Shown: positions 23,681 to 37,619 of the stretch, piece after piece
Numbering within the stretch: position 1 is the first letter of the stretch
Layout: each line of letters starts with the position of its first letter
From: Geosiphon pyriformis uo1
Taxonomy: Eukaryota > Fungi > Glomeromycota
DNA length: 64,000 nucleotides
Assembly: GCA_016748015.1 (NCBI GenBank)
Contig: JAAOMT010000303.1
Location: 992,001-1,056,000 of the forward strand
Direction: 5' to 3'
Position numbers and translations under genes: made by a program
Notes under the pieces: generated by a model
Told to the model about the DNA's origin: nothing
Databases searched by the model: none
What the model saw: the letters and a program-made list of their open reading frames with translations, nothing else

Positions 23681-26600
23681 CTATACACCTATATGAACAG
23701 AAACTTCATTATCTATGCCTGAAAAAAACAAACAAGACTTATGAAAACCAATACCAATTGCCTCAGCAACACTCAGCAATCCAATTATGCCCACCGACAG
23801 CACTGAAGGAAGCCCAGAAATCGAGATAGAAACAGATCTATTATATGGAATAAGCCCATTTTTTTTCATAAAAGCATAATGCTTGACACAAATCAACCAA
23901 ATGTCTTTCCAAAAAGCATGACTAAACTCATGCACAAAGGCCACAATGGTCTGACTCACTACTCTGGAATCCTTGAAAACAGAGACAGACTCATGAAACC
24001 AATCCTTGAAAACAAAACCTTTGCACAGAGCAGTACTAACCAAAATGTCAGATGAACAAGTTAACAACAGCTGCGAGACAACTAAGAAAGAATAACCCAG
24101 ACCAGATCGCACTCCCCAAGCTAATACATAAGAGTTCAACAAATAAGCATGATCACTGGCATTAAATGAACAAAAAAAAGCATAGTCCAAGACTTTGATA
24201 TTATCATAAAACAAACACACCACACTAGGGTAATTCTTATTATAAAGCTGTTTAAGTATAACAACAGGAAGCTAATGGTGCAATGCCTTCATAAAATATG
24301 TTCGGAAACCAGCAGTCCACTTGCTAGTAAAGCCCGCAGCCATGTAAGAGTCTGGATGTCATACTAGTAATGATTTGAACCAATCAATATCTGCACGCAG
24401 ACTATCCACCATCATCCATGAACCAGAACCGATTTCCCAATGTGCATGATGGACTGACTGAAAAACATCTTGAACAAAATGCCTAGAATTACCAGAAATG
24501 ACAGTACTACCAATCTTAAAATAGCATTTATTGATAGAATAAGGCAGATTCCAGTTAGAAAGAGCCACAGCTCTGGCCAACTCATTCGCATGCTCATTGC
24601 CTGAAACACCCAAATGATCTTTGACCTTATACCAATTAACATTCAAATTCTTACAATAAATGACGTTCACTATGTGATAATGTTCAATCCAACACCAATT
24701 TTTAAAATTTGGGTGAACCAACTCCAACTTGCAAGCATCTAAAGCCACTTAACTGTCTGAGAACAAGTTAATCGAGTGAGAAGAAGGGACACACTTGAGA
24801 GCTAGAACAATGGCCTGCAACTCTGTTAAGGTAGAAGACATCAAACCAGAAACTCCCACACCCAAATCCATACTAATGTTCTCAAAAAAAACAGCAGCCC
24901 CAGCTTTCATATCAACAGATCCCAAGCCACTCAAAAATCCATCCATATAGACAGAAAGGTGACCAATATCAGAACACAACAAATTGGCACTAATAGCACT
25001 AAACCCACAAGAATGAAGAATATTTGAAGAGTTGTCATCATCCAAAGACAAAAAAATAGACAAAAAGAGAGGACACACCACCAAGAAATCAAACAAAAAG
25101 CTCAAACCAGGCAGGAACTGGACCACATGGGTCCAACTGCTTCCACTGCTTGAAGGTTTTCCAATCAAAAATAGCTCCATTTTGGTCAAGCAGCTGGTCC
25201 ATGAAGGCAATCCCATAATGCCAAAGTGAAGAAACACACTTAAAATAGGTTGATTCATCAAGAACACAAGACATAGAAGTTCTATCCTGATGACAAAAAG
25301 CATCGGTCAGGGAGCCACCCAAGGACAAATTACTTCTAGAAAAAATGCGCATCATACCAGCCAGAAAATTATTCAGAGGATTGATCTTAACATAAACTGG
25401 GTATTGCAAAGGGTAAAGTAAATGCCAGCAGAGGACCTGAAGATTATGTAACTGGTGAAAGAATAAATGACCCAAAATACCAATAGAGTTCGTGAAAGAA
25501 ATGACCAAAACCAACTTATTCTCAGCCTGAATCTGCTCAAAAGTCTTCAAACTGTACAGAAAAAGATAATGAATTGCATCACTAGAGAAATCATATGGCA
25601 GGCCAGACTTAAATTTCAAGTCCTTACAAATTAGAGTGTCCTATTTCTCACAAACACTAACAGGAACATAACTGAATTGTGTTCTATAACCAATGATAGA
25701 AAAGAGGACTGCCAAAACCAAATATGAAAACTGCTTATCAGATACTGCCTTCTTGAAGACCAAATTAGCAAAAAACCAGATATCAGAATGTGCTTTAGCC
25801 AAGCTGGGTTTGGAAAGACCCTCAGTCAACAGATAGATTCCTAAATAGTGATGTGATTCTCCTCTCTTGGCAATATAAATAGGTAATTCACTGATCAACA
25901 GGGAAGGATCTGCAATCTTACAATTGATGAAAATGGCCACAGTTTTATCATTATTAATTGAAATATTATTGATATCAAAAAATTCACTAGCAACATTGAG
26001 AATGTGCTGTGTAGCACTTTGACTGTTGCCAACCTATATAGTATTATCAACAAAAGCACCTATAGTGGAAAAAAAGAAGAGACCAGCCCGAGATTTAACA
26101 TGACCACATCCAGAAATAAAGTAAGAATTCAACTTATATCCACACCCATCCACCTGTCTCTTGACCTTACACAGAAAAAGATCATAAAATATGTGCCAAA
26201 GAAGTGGCAAAAACACCTCTCTCTGGTCCAAGCTGTCATGTACTCTGTATTCATCCGTCAAACCAAAATCTGTCATAATCCTATTAACATAATTATTATG
26301 AATACCACCAAAAAACCTAATGAACCTGCTACACATCTTTATCCTAACCAAACTGTTTTGAAGATGCTTCCACCCAACAAAATCATAAGCCTTCCGCATG
26401 TTCTATAAGACCAACCAGAGTTTACAACCCTTCTCTAAAGCATTTTCAACCACTTAACCAATGGCAAAAATGGGTAATTGTGTCATTGTACCCCTTAGAA
26501 CCAAAAAATTGTCCCCATGCAAAACATCAAAAGTATTATATGTTGATGAGATTCTATCTGAAAGAATTTTGGAAAGAATCTTGTAGGCAGTTTTAATCAA

Positions 26601-28358
26601 GGCAATAGGTCGGGTGTTCATGAGAACTCCATCCCATTCATATGGTTTAGAAATCATCAAGACCCAAGCTTTTTTCTAAGCATTGGGTACTGATTTGCAG
26701 ATCAAACAAGAATTCAAAAGCACCAAAAACATATCCAAAACTGATTTATCACAATGTTTCTAGAGTTCATTCAAAATCCCAGAGAGACCAGCAGCTTTAC
26801 TCTCAGGAAAATTAGAAACCACACCAAGCAACTCATCAATACTAACAGAACACATCATGCCAGAAAAGACATCATTGAAAACATACTCCAGAAGCCAGTA
26901 TTGACAAGACCATTTATCTGAGATATTAGACATCACTCTGCACTTCCTGGTCCAACCTTCCATGATCCCATCCATCCTTAATTTAACTAGGCTTGGCTTC
27001 AATACTAATTTGTTACTTACTACCAGATAATCCAGTACCACCTTGTGAAAGAGGCACTCCAAAACACTCCTGATGGTGTAACTCTTGTCTGATCCAAAGC
27101 TTTCCATTCTTTTATTAATAGCCACTTTGATACATGCTTCTTCAGCATGCCTGAATTCCAGCAACTTAGAAGAGCAGTAAAATTTCCTTACCTTAACCAG
27201 AGCTGAGTGAATCATGTCAAAATTGGAATCTAAAAGAAATAAAGACTTTATCACTGATGCACTATTAGCATCAATCCCACACCATGTATCCAACAGTGAA
27301 GCAAATTTCACACTAAAGACCAAGCAAGAAGCCTTAACCAGCTTAGACACTAGCAACTCCAGCTTATGAAACCTTGAAGAATCTCTGGTGAAAACCCCAT
27401 CAAAATTCTTGAACCATTTCTTCCTAAATATCTCATGTGTTGAAAGAGTCATTATCTTGTACAAAACATTCCACATAACATCCAAATCTGAGAAATGTAC
27501 AGCAGTAGTGAACTCATTGGCAAACATTCCAGCATTGGCTGAAGTGGCATTTTTAAAATCATTTTATTTACTGTCATTAGCACCTCTGAAATCAAACTTC
27601 CAATAATCCCTATTAGCCTGCCTATGAAAGGAGTTTAACTGAGTATCCAGCAGATCACTCAGGCCTACAGAAACAGAAACTGCCTAATGATCAGTGTTGA
27701 AATGTTTATTTACATCCACAACATTGCAATCCACTACTGCATTGACCAAATTAAATGAAACTAGCATGAAATTAATTGTTTTTTTCACACTCCTCAAATT
27801 TTTCCATGTAGGTCTTTTCACTACTGGGCTACCTGACAAAGAGTTGATCAGTTCCAAGTCAAGACATCTTTTAAAACTTGCACTCTTATGCAAACTGTTC
27901 TTATTGAAATTACCACCCAAAACAACGAAAGAAGATTCATTAACAGCCTTAGCAATAAGAGAGTTGACTTTACCAGTCTGAGAGAACCAAACCACCAGAG
28001 AAGCACCAGCATAAAACCCCAAAATAAACACAGAAAGTTTATTCTTAAAAAGCAGCTTAATGGACAGGAGCTGACCAGGCACCTCAGAAACTTTGCACAC
28101 ATGTTTTGCCAAAGAAATGTCCATGACAATCACAATACCAAAGCCCATATGTCCAGAATTCAATCCAGAGGTAAACACCCAGAAACCATCAAACTTATTC
28201 ATGATCCATGGGTGAATTTTACCCTTTAACTTGGTCTCAGTAACAATAGAAATCAAATTGTTCAACTCCTTATGTCAACAAATAATATCATTCTGTTTTA
28301 CAAGATTGTTTATGCCCCTTACATTGCACATGGCAATCTTCCAAACTAAAACACTCAT
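23681..28358 (-). pseudogene. LINE L3 ORF2: apurinic endonuclease, RT, RNase H, C-terminal zinc motif
   Basis: CNVRG, TETK, GGNFN, TDH (APE); KAAGLSG, TRPIAL, DMRKAYD-like, FVDN (RT); VYMDG, ELQAI, FSDS, GNEHAN (RNase H); CLFY...DYAFFC. In-frame stops and one frameshift near 25080. Confidence 0.92.
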
Positions 28359-30284
28359 TAAGAAGTAAAAGCAGTCAACGAACCCAAACCTGAACACAAA
28401 CAGTCCAGTTTTTCCAAAACAGACTTAACTGAAACTTCTAAAGCCACTATTTTGGATTCCAAACCACCAACTTTGGTAGTCAAAACTTTAGAATTACTTG
28501 AACTTATGGCAGTAGTTGTATCATTGACAACCAGAGGAGAAAGGGTGGAGACCATTGATTCACCATCCAAAATCATATTTGAATCCAAACCAGGAGCCAC
28601 AGTTACAAGAACCTTAGAAAAAGAAACACCAGATGCAGCTGCCAAGAGCACCAATTCCAAAGAACCCAATTTCACCAAAATACCAGAAACCTGGTTAGCC
28701 AAAAGTTCTAGAAAACATTCCAGAAAAGCCAAATGACCATACAAGTCATGAGTACCAGGCAGAGCAGAAGTGAATAGAGAGTTCTCAGCAGCAAAGAATG
28801 GGGCAGCACCAAAAGAAACCAAGAAAGCAACATGAGAAGATAAACCACCAGCTACTTGAGCCCAAGTTTTACCACCAAAGGAAACTGGATGTGCAATAAG
28901 AGCTTGCTTTTTCTTATAAATACCAGCCAGACAGACCCAATCTTGATCAGTTATCACCCACTTCTCATGAATTTCAGAAATTCCACCAGATGAACATGCA
29001 TTAGAGATGTAACCAAATTGTTTACACTTGGTGCAACAAGCCAAAGAAAGACCAGTTCAATGCAAATTCACACTTTTATAAACTGGAACAGAACCAATAG
29101 CAGCCAATTTGGATGCCTTATCCTCAAAACAGACCACTGCACATCTATTATGAACATATGAATTCGGATTGCAACCAATAAAACAAGTTCTCCCACCATA
29201 TGATTCCAACAAATTTGACAAATCATGAGCAGTAGTACCAACAGAAAAAGTGTAAAGCAAAGTTCAATGCTGGTCTCTTAATACCCATGAAATTTTATCA
29301 TCTACTACCAAGACCATGTGCACCAAATCTTTTCCCATGAAAACTGACCATTTAAACACAACCAAACTGGCAACATTTGCTGACTTAAACTCAACCAAGG
29401 CCTTCTATCAAAGCCCAATCAATTACATTCTAACAGAAATTATCTTACCAAACTTGGAAAAAACTGATTCTACAGCCAATTTGGGAAGATTGACTGGAAT
29501 TTCCTTAACTATTACTTCCCAATTTGTGCATTTGTTAACCTGCCTAACATCATTATTCATCACAATTTTCTCACGAATTGCCAATTCTTTAGCCTTTTTT
29601 AGACTCAATTCAGACATAAAGGAGGATTTGATGATCCCAGGAAATTTTGAGGGAGTGGAAGCCCCTCCAAAACCATCAATTTTATAAAAAATTTTTTGAT
29701 TGAAATTAATTTATTACCATTAGTTTTTCCAGGCACAGCAGCCAAATCCATGTTCAAAGCAAATAATTTAACTAGCTTGAAGCTATATCTCTTCGGAACA
29801 CATGATTTGGCTAACAGCAGCTGATTAGACCCAGCAAATTTGGACTTAGGAAGCACCAACTCAGCATCATTGTCACTCAAGTTTTTGAAAAAAGGCATTT
29901 TCAGCAGTGGTCTCAAAACATAGATTCTTGTTCATGTTTTTTTAGAAGTCATATTGTCTACCATGTTATCAGTCTCAGAAGCATTGGAATCTATGTAACT
30001 AGTCTCTTCAGTTACCAAGTTGCCCATGTTCTCAATGTTAGTAAAACATGTTTAGGAAGAGGTCCAGCCAATGAGTTCATCACAACTCCAGTAACATCAG
30101 ATTTTTTCGATTTTTTTTTGTATAAAAGATTCCGAGTGTATACACTCTCAACTTGCACTTTCTTTTTAGTTTCAGACCAGAATTCCAACTTAGTTAAACT
30201 AGTACCAGAACCACCAGCAGAAGAGCCTACTGGTTCTATTGCAACAAAATTGGGTATGTTGAAAGAAATAACTGAAGGTAACAA
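28358..30284 (-). pseudogene. LINE L3 ORF1 (RRM-like region, zinc knuckle, C-terminal coiled coil)
   Basis: VIVKEIPVNL...VFSKFGKI (RRM-like); CTKCKQFGYISNAC; KVGGLESKIVALEVSV heptads. Confidence 0.85.
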
Positions 30285-30419
30285 GGAGAAAGGAAAAAGG
30301 AAAAAGCTAAATCTTCAGCAATACAAATGCTTTCTTCATGATCAGGGGATTGATGAGAGAAAAAAAAGTATTTTTATTATTTAAACTTTATATTTTTTTA
30401 TAATTAAAAAAGATTAATA

Positions 30420-30513
30420 ATTACTATTTAAAAATAAGGTGGCTAATTATATAATATTAAATAATTAATATATATAATATTAATAAAAACTATAATTTTT
30501 AATTATTATAATA
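30420..30513 (-). repeat. Extremely decayed fragment of an E2-family LTR
   Basis: actatttaaaaataaggtggctaattatataa...taataaaaactat...ataata aligns to the reverse complement of 41635-41722, with mostly C>T/G>A changes. Confidence 0.7.
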
Positions 30514-31074
30514 TTTTACTAAATATTACAATTTAATAAAAATCTTAATTATTATTAAAGCAGCTAAACAAAATATTTTGACAATATTTTTTTAATTATT
30601 AATAATAAAAAACTGTTTTTAATAATTTTTAAATCATTTTTTTTATTTTTAATTAATAATTTTTTAATTAAAGTTCTTTTTAAAAAACATATTAAAATTA
30701 ATTCTAATATTGTTTTTATTTATTTTAAAAGTTTCAAAGTTTTTAATAATAAACTAATTAATAAACTAATTTTTTTTGCTTTTATTATTATTATTACTAT
30801 TATTATTTTACAAATGGTCAAAAAAACCAAAAATTCTAAAAACAGTAATAATTACTTATATATATTATTATATAAATTTTTTGGTAATTTTAGATAAAAT
30901 TTTAAATAAAATATTTTTAATAGTATTTAGTTTTTTTTTAATATAAACAATAATAACAATATATTTTTTATAATAAACAAAGATTAATTATTAATTGTAT
31001 AATTAAATATAATATCTTTTAACAAATTATTGTTAATTTTAAAAACAAAACAAGACATATGTTTTTACTTAATT

Positions 31075-32430
31075 TTTTATTATTATTATTGCTTAATGAA
31101 TGAAATCCAAACACTGCCTAGTTCTATACATTAAGAAAATGATCTATACTAGATGTAAATCATGCACTTTCTATACATAACCAGCCATTCAGGCTGATCA
31201 AAACAACACTATACAGCTATATAAACCAAAACCAAATTACTTATGCCAAAAAGAAAGAAACCAGACTGGCAAAAGCCAAAACGCAAGCCAAAAGTCTCAT
31301 TGATGCTGAGTAATTTAACCACACCAGTAAAAAGTTCCGAAACCAAACTAGAAGCCGAAATAAGAGCTGAATCATCAAGAGAAATCAACCCATTCTTTTT
31401 CATATAGGCATGATGTTTAGCACAGATCAACCAGATATCTTTCTAAAAAGCAAGACTAAAAAAATGCACAAATCTAACAACTTCTAGACTAGCAATCTTG
31501 GAATTATAAAAGATGAACACAGTTTCATGAAACCAACTATCAAAGACAAAGCTCTTATAAAAAGCCATAGACACAGGATGACAACAACTACAACACACTT
31601 GAAGAAGAATAAGAGAAACCAGAAAGTGACTTCCAAGAATTTACATGGAAGTCCAACAACTAACACCAAGCAGAATCATCAATTTTATAAAAAAACACAT
31701 GATCTGATATCTCCACATTACTGCAATATAAACACAAAACACTAAGATAGAGTCTATTATAGAGGTGCTTCTAAACGGCTACAGACAAGCAATGATGCAA
31801 AGCTTTCATAAAATAAGTATGTGCATTAGCTAAGGGCCTGCTAGTAAAACCAGCAGCCATGTATAAATCAAGATGCCACACCAATGAAGAGCAGAGCCAA
31901 TTAATCTCAGAAAACAAACTACTTGCCAAAAACTTAGAACCAGAACCAACTTCCCAATATGCACAACAAATAAAACAAAAAACATTATGAACAAAGTGTC
32001 AAGAATTGCCAGAAATAATACTACTATTAGCCATCAAGAAATGTTCACTCAAGTAAAAGGGAAGAAACTAACCAGAGAAAAAAACAGTACCAGTGATCAT
32101 GTTAGCACACTCATTTCCTAAAATGCCAGAGTAACCCTTTATCTTGTGTCAACTTACTTTCAGATTCTTATCATGAATAACATTAACAACATGCTGACAC
32201 TCAACCCAATACTAATTATAAAAATCAAGATGAATCAGATCTAATTCCGATCTACAAGCATTCAAGACAGACTGACTATCTGAGTACAAGTGAACAGAGC
32301 TAAATGAAGGAACACACTCCAAGGTCAATGCAATAGCTTGTATTTCAGCCAAAGTAGATAACATTAACCCTAACACACCAATACCCAAACCCAAATTAAT
32401 GTCTTCAAAAAAAGCAACAGTGCTAGCCTC
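31075..32430 (-). mobile_element. 5'-truncated LINE L4 (RNase H to 3' UTR, (AAT)n tail)
   Basis: AEIQAIAL...LYSDSQ in ORF 32212-32394; C-terminus 31209-31430; 3' UTR similar to L3. Confidence 0.88.
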
Positions 32431-32918
32431 ATAGTTTACTTAATTAATCTATTAGATTATTTAATTTTAAAAATTAGATTAATTAAATAAAAACAGAATT
32501 AATTTTTTCTTTTTTGTTTTTTAATACTGTTTTTAATAATATTTAAAAACCAATTTTTAGTTATTAAAAATTTTTTAAATGAATTTTTTTTTGTGTTTGA
32601 TATTATATTTAAATTAAATTAACTTTAATTAATTTTTTTTAAGTTGTTGTTTAGTTTTATTAAACTTAAATTATCTAAAAAAAAAACAAAAAAAACAAAA
32701 AAATATATACTTAATATATATAATTATAATTATACTGTCATTTTTTAACATATTTAAAAAAACAAATAAAAAAATTTTGCTTATAAACAAAAACTTGTCA
32801 TATAAAAAACAACTAAAATTTTATAATTAATTTGACAAAATTATAAAAAACATAAAATTTTTTAAAAAAACAACTTCAAAATACATATGAAAATTTTAAA
32901 TATTATATAATTAAATAT

Positions 32919-35101
32919 TTTTATAAGTAATTATTTAGAGTATTAGAACAAATAACAAACTTGTAACTTAGTGCTCAATAGCTGTTAATGATAATAATTT
33001 CTGAAGATTTTAAAGTTTAAAAATTTTGGTTGAATTTTTTATATAATGAACAAAGATTTAATTAATAATTTTTTCTGTAAATTTTTTTTTTCAGCATAAT
33101 AACCAGTTTAATCTGACAATCATGCTTTTTTGGTAAACTATCTTTAAGTTTTCTATCCTTGTTTTACATATCTTTTACCAGATTATTTTTAATGTTAATT
33201 ATTTAGTACTTAATTTTTTAATCAATTAGTAAATGACAAAAAAAATAAAAAAAAATAAAAATAAAAATAAAAAATTAGTATCTTGTTAATAATCATGATT
33301 AAAAGCTATTGGCTTAGTATAATTAAGTATTAAATTTTATTAACATAAATTGTTAATAGTGCAAAAGTAATTAATATTTCTTTAATTAAATAATAACAAC
33401 ATAAATTAAATGATAATAAATATTTTTATTAATATAAATATGATTTTATTTCAAGTTATAAAAAACTATCTTTTAAAAAAAAAGATATTAGATAATTATT
33501 TGTTTTTAATTACTGTTCTGTTTTTTTTTGCTTCTAATATTCTTATTATATATATATAATTTATATTATATAAAATTCTATATATTTTTACTCTTTTTCT
33601 ATACTACTTTCTAAAAATATGCTTATTTCTGAAAATGTGTTATAATTTCCTAAATATGTGTTTATTTATTAAGTATTATTCTCTTATTGGTTTATTTTAT
33701 AATTTGTTTTTCCTATTTTTTTTTGATACTCCTTTTTTATAAGTAATATTATCTTTTTTTTTAATATTAAACTCCATCAAAATTTTTATTTTAAATTAAG
33801 TCTATTATTTTTTTTTCTAATATTGTTTGTTTAATTCTGGTTCTTATGTTTTTGAATTAAGAGTTGATTATTTTTTCTTACTAATTAATAGTTATTAGTT
33901 TTATTTCTGAATATAGTAGTATTTCTGAATAATTTTAAAATACAGTATGTAATCAGTAAATTGTTTTGATATATAGTATAAAACTTGTTTTTTTTTGATA
34001 AAGTTTTTAATTTGTTGTATTATTTCTTGATTAAACATTTTTTTGGATTTGTTAATATATAATTTCTGGGTATCTGAAATTAAACTCTATATTAGTATTA
34101 TATGTACATTTTGGCATAATATTTTCATTATTATTGTTAAACTATTTAAGTTCTTGTATTATTAAAAGATCTGAAAGTATAATATATTATTTGGGATTTT
34201 TTTTAAAATTTGAATCATTATTATTATTGTTGTTATTATAAACAGTGTTAAAATTATTGTTATTATTATTGTCAAAGTCTAAATTAAGATTAAGTTTCAA
34301 TTCTGATTCTGAAACACAGTTATTAATTGGTTTTTTTTCTTTAGAGATCAAATAAATTATGTATAATAATAGATTATAAATAAGATTACAATCATTACAA
34401 TATTTAAAGTCACTAAAAATTAAGCAATATTTATATAGTTTAGTATTTGATTATTTTAAATATTGCTCTTGCTTTTTTTAAGTAAGTGCTAGATTTTAGT
34501 AGTGTTTATGAAATTGTTTTGAATTACTCATAATATCGACAAAAATATCTGAATTTGGAATAAGAACAGTTTTAATAAGTTTTAATAAATTAATTTTGAT
34601 TGCCAATATCTTATTGGATGAAATGTCTTCAATTTTAGCACTTGCTATTTGTCAGATTTTATTTTCATTATATAAGTAGTCATTAAAACATAACAGAGCT
34701 CTGTTTTATATAGTGTTAAATAGTATTCTTTTGTTTATTTAGTCACTAATAAGAATTATGTATTAACACAATGTATTACATATTTTTTCTTGATTAGAAA
34801 TGTTATTTTACATTTTTTTGTTAAGTGGAATTTTTCTACAGACTAAACAAAGTTTGTTGTCATATTTTTTCTGTTATTTTGGATATCTAAAGCATTTTTA
34901 ATAACATGTTTTGCAATAATAACAGGTATATGTTTTGTATTTTTTTTCAGACAAAATCTAAGTTTTTATTTATAAAAACTTTTTTTGTAATCTCTGTACT
35001 TAAGTGGAATATAAAATAAGTGTTTTTTTGGTATTGGTGTCAAATATAAAATATTTCAACTGTTAACAAATTTTTTTGTAGTAGTAGTGGCTTGAAATTT
35101 G

Positions 35102-35133
<32 letters not shown>

Positions 35134-37494
35134 CAGAAGAGTATTGTTAATAGTTTATTACATTTGTTTTTAGCTCATAAAACTTGATAAATTTTTCAAA
35201 TAGGTTTTTTTTTTCTTTTAGTTTAATCAATAATTGCTTTTTTAAAGAAGCTCTAAAGTAATTACAAGTGGCAGATACTTAAGTATGCTAATTATCAAAT
35301 ATTAGTTAAAGCTTTTGGGTGTTGTAATTAAATATAATATTGGTTTTAGATAGCCAATTATTATTAATAAAAGCTTAATACTACATAACTTTTATTACAA
35401 GAACTTTGAAAAATATTATAATGTTATTGAATTTGAATAAAAAGTTATTAATCTTGTTAATAAAAGTTTTGGTTGTTTTATTAGTAATAATAATTCTAAT
35501 ACTGATAACTTAATTAACTTAGCAATCTAATTGGTTTATAAGTTATTATGTAATAATGCTGTTTGCTAATCTGTTATCAAGAATAAGTTTAATAGATTGG
35601 TTATTAACTTTGGCATCTGTGTACATAGCTGTAATTAGTTTAATATTAAGAATAGCTTTACTAAATAATAGTGTCTTAATTTGGTCTTTCAATTCAAAAG
35701 AAAATATAATGACAAATAATTTATTCTTAGTGACAATTACTGGTGAAATATTGTTAATAAATGGTTGTTTTAATGGTTCTGAATAATTGGATTGGGTATT
35801 TTCTAAAGTAACCAAAAGACTTAAATAGTTTTGAAAATTTGGGTTTTGGATGTACTTATTTTCCAAATTTTTTGGGCATAATTCTAATAACTGGTTTGGT
35901 AAATTAAGAATTAGTTAGTATATAAATATTACTGATTTTCAATTTTGTTAGATGTAAATAATTTTCAGTCTTTGGCTTCTGATTAATATTGGCATAGTAT
36001 TTGGGGCAGTATTTGAACTAGTTGAAATTAATAAACTATTTGAGATTAAAATAGTTAATAAATTATGAATGTTGGAGCTTAATACATTAAAGGTATATAT
36101 ATTGGCTAATGCATTATTTATGCATATTAGAATTGATATAGTTGTAACTTTAACAAATTATCAATATAATTTAGGAGTTTGAAATTGGTAATCAGAGTTT
36201 CAATATTGATTTTTCAATTATTGTTGATTTAATCTTAAATAGTAGTTCACTTTAATGTGTTCTTGCTTATAGCAATAGTAACAAATATGTGTTTTTTGCT
36301 GCCATAATTAATTTGCTGATGCTAATAATAATACATGCACCTAATTTATACTATGATTATAATTTTTTAAATTGTTGTAATATTAAGATAGCTAATAAAT
36401 TGCCTAATTGTTAGCAAAGTATCTCACAATTTTTTGATTAATTAATTTTCCAAATTGCTTCAATTTGGTATTTAGTTTAGATAATTTGTTCATTACTAGA
36501 TTTATAGCTTGGATATAATTGGTTTTAAATTTAGCTAATTCAAAATTTCTGGCATGTGTAACTGTGTTTTGAAGAATATTAGGTACAATAAACATACTTG
36601 TCACAAAAAACTACTGCATAATCTGTAAATAAACTGATTTAAAATCTGTAATACTATAAAATAATTAGTATTAATTACTTGAATTTGGTGCAAATTTTTA
36701 TGGAAGTATCTTAAGTAAGTAGTAACTGTTTTAATATTACTTTGCTTAATTGTAGTAAAGCTAATTAATAGGCAATTAATGCTATTATTTTTACTAAAAT
36801 ACTATAAAAATACAGTTTTAAACATATCAAAATCTTGGAATTTATTTACAAAATTCTGGTATCATAAGTTAGCAGTATTTTGTAAAAAGTAAGAAATTGC
36901 TTAAAAAGCTTTGACATTATCTTATTTGTTGGCTGTAATGGCTTTTACCATATTATTTAACCAAACTTAGACATTGTTCTTTTTACTGGTGAATTTTTTT
37001 AGTTTTGTGATTGGTATATATGTTATTGATACAAATAATAATTGTTGTTGTAATTAATATAAAATGGCTATTGGTGCAACTAAAAAATTAATCTGAATAA
37101 TTAGAGATATATTGTTGTTAATAATAGCAATAGGTTTAAATTGTTTAGATTTGTCTGAGTTTGAACAATTGGAGTTAGGATTTCTAAATTATTTGAGATT
37201 GGATTTTGATTTTTAATTTTTTGATTGTTGTTTTTTTTTTCTTTTAATTCAGTTTTTGCCTAATTACTGGTAAATCCGAAATTAGGTTGAAATAATAATA
37301 ATTAAAATTCTGATAAAATTGTTGATTGCAATTTAAATTTTTTGAAATAATTGTCATAAGTTCTTAATAATTATGATTTTTCTTGATTGTTTTAAAACAA
37401 AACTCAAGTTACTAGTATTTTTACAGTTGACAATAATGTAAATTCTAATAGTATGTAAATAGTACTTTTTAATGTATAATAGTAAAATAAGTGT
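32919..37494 (-). mobile_element. Internally deleted Gypsy element E4 (3' LTR 32919-33748, ORF3 part, Cys-rich region, PR, most of gag); lacks most of dUTPase and all of RT-RH-IN, and is truncated at its 5' end
   Basis: LTR similar to E1/E3; PR IKLILDNRLA (35546-35866); gag remnant 36404-36604; junction at ~34070 fuses dUTPase motif I to ORF3. Confidence 0.85.
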
Positions 37495-37619
37495 TGTTAT
37501 CTAAGTAAAAAACCAATCTAAGAAATATTGAAAAAAACATGATTAAAAACATGATAACTTAGAAAAAATGTGATAATATAAAATAACACAAAATAACATA
37601 TTATAATTTAAGAACATAC
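37495..37619 (+). repeat. 5' fragment of an LTR of the 13383-type family
   Basis: tgttatctaagtaaaaaaccaatc...aaaacatgattaaaaacatgataac resembles 13383-13450. Confidence 0.6.

Larger units (their letters stand above)
23530..30350 (-). mobile_element. Near full-length LINE L3 (ORF1 plus APE-RT-RNase H ORF2), degenerate, with A-rich tail
   Basis: ORF1 with an RRM-like region and CCHC-type knuckle, ORF2 domains in order, conserved 3' UTR at 23560-23680, (TAAAAA)n tail at ~23530-23560. Confidence 0.93.

Noticed and set aside
35105-35133. Poly(A) tail of a retrocopy (long T run)
   Set aside because: It aligns to the Lys/Glu/Gly-coding purine tract of E1 (~7235-7272) and E3; G>A decay turned it into a homopolymer.
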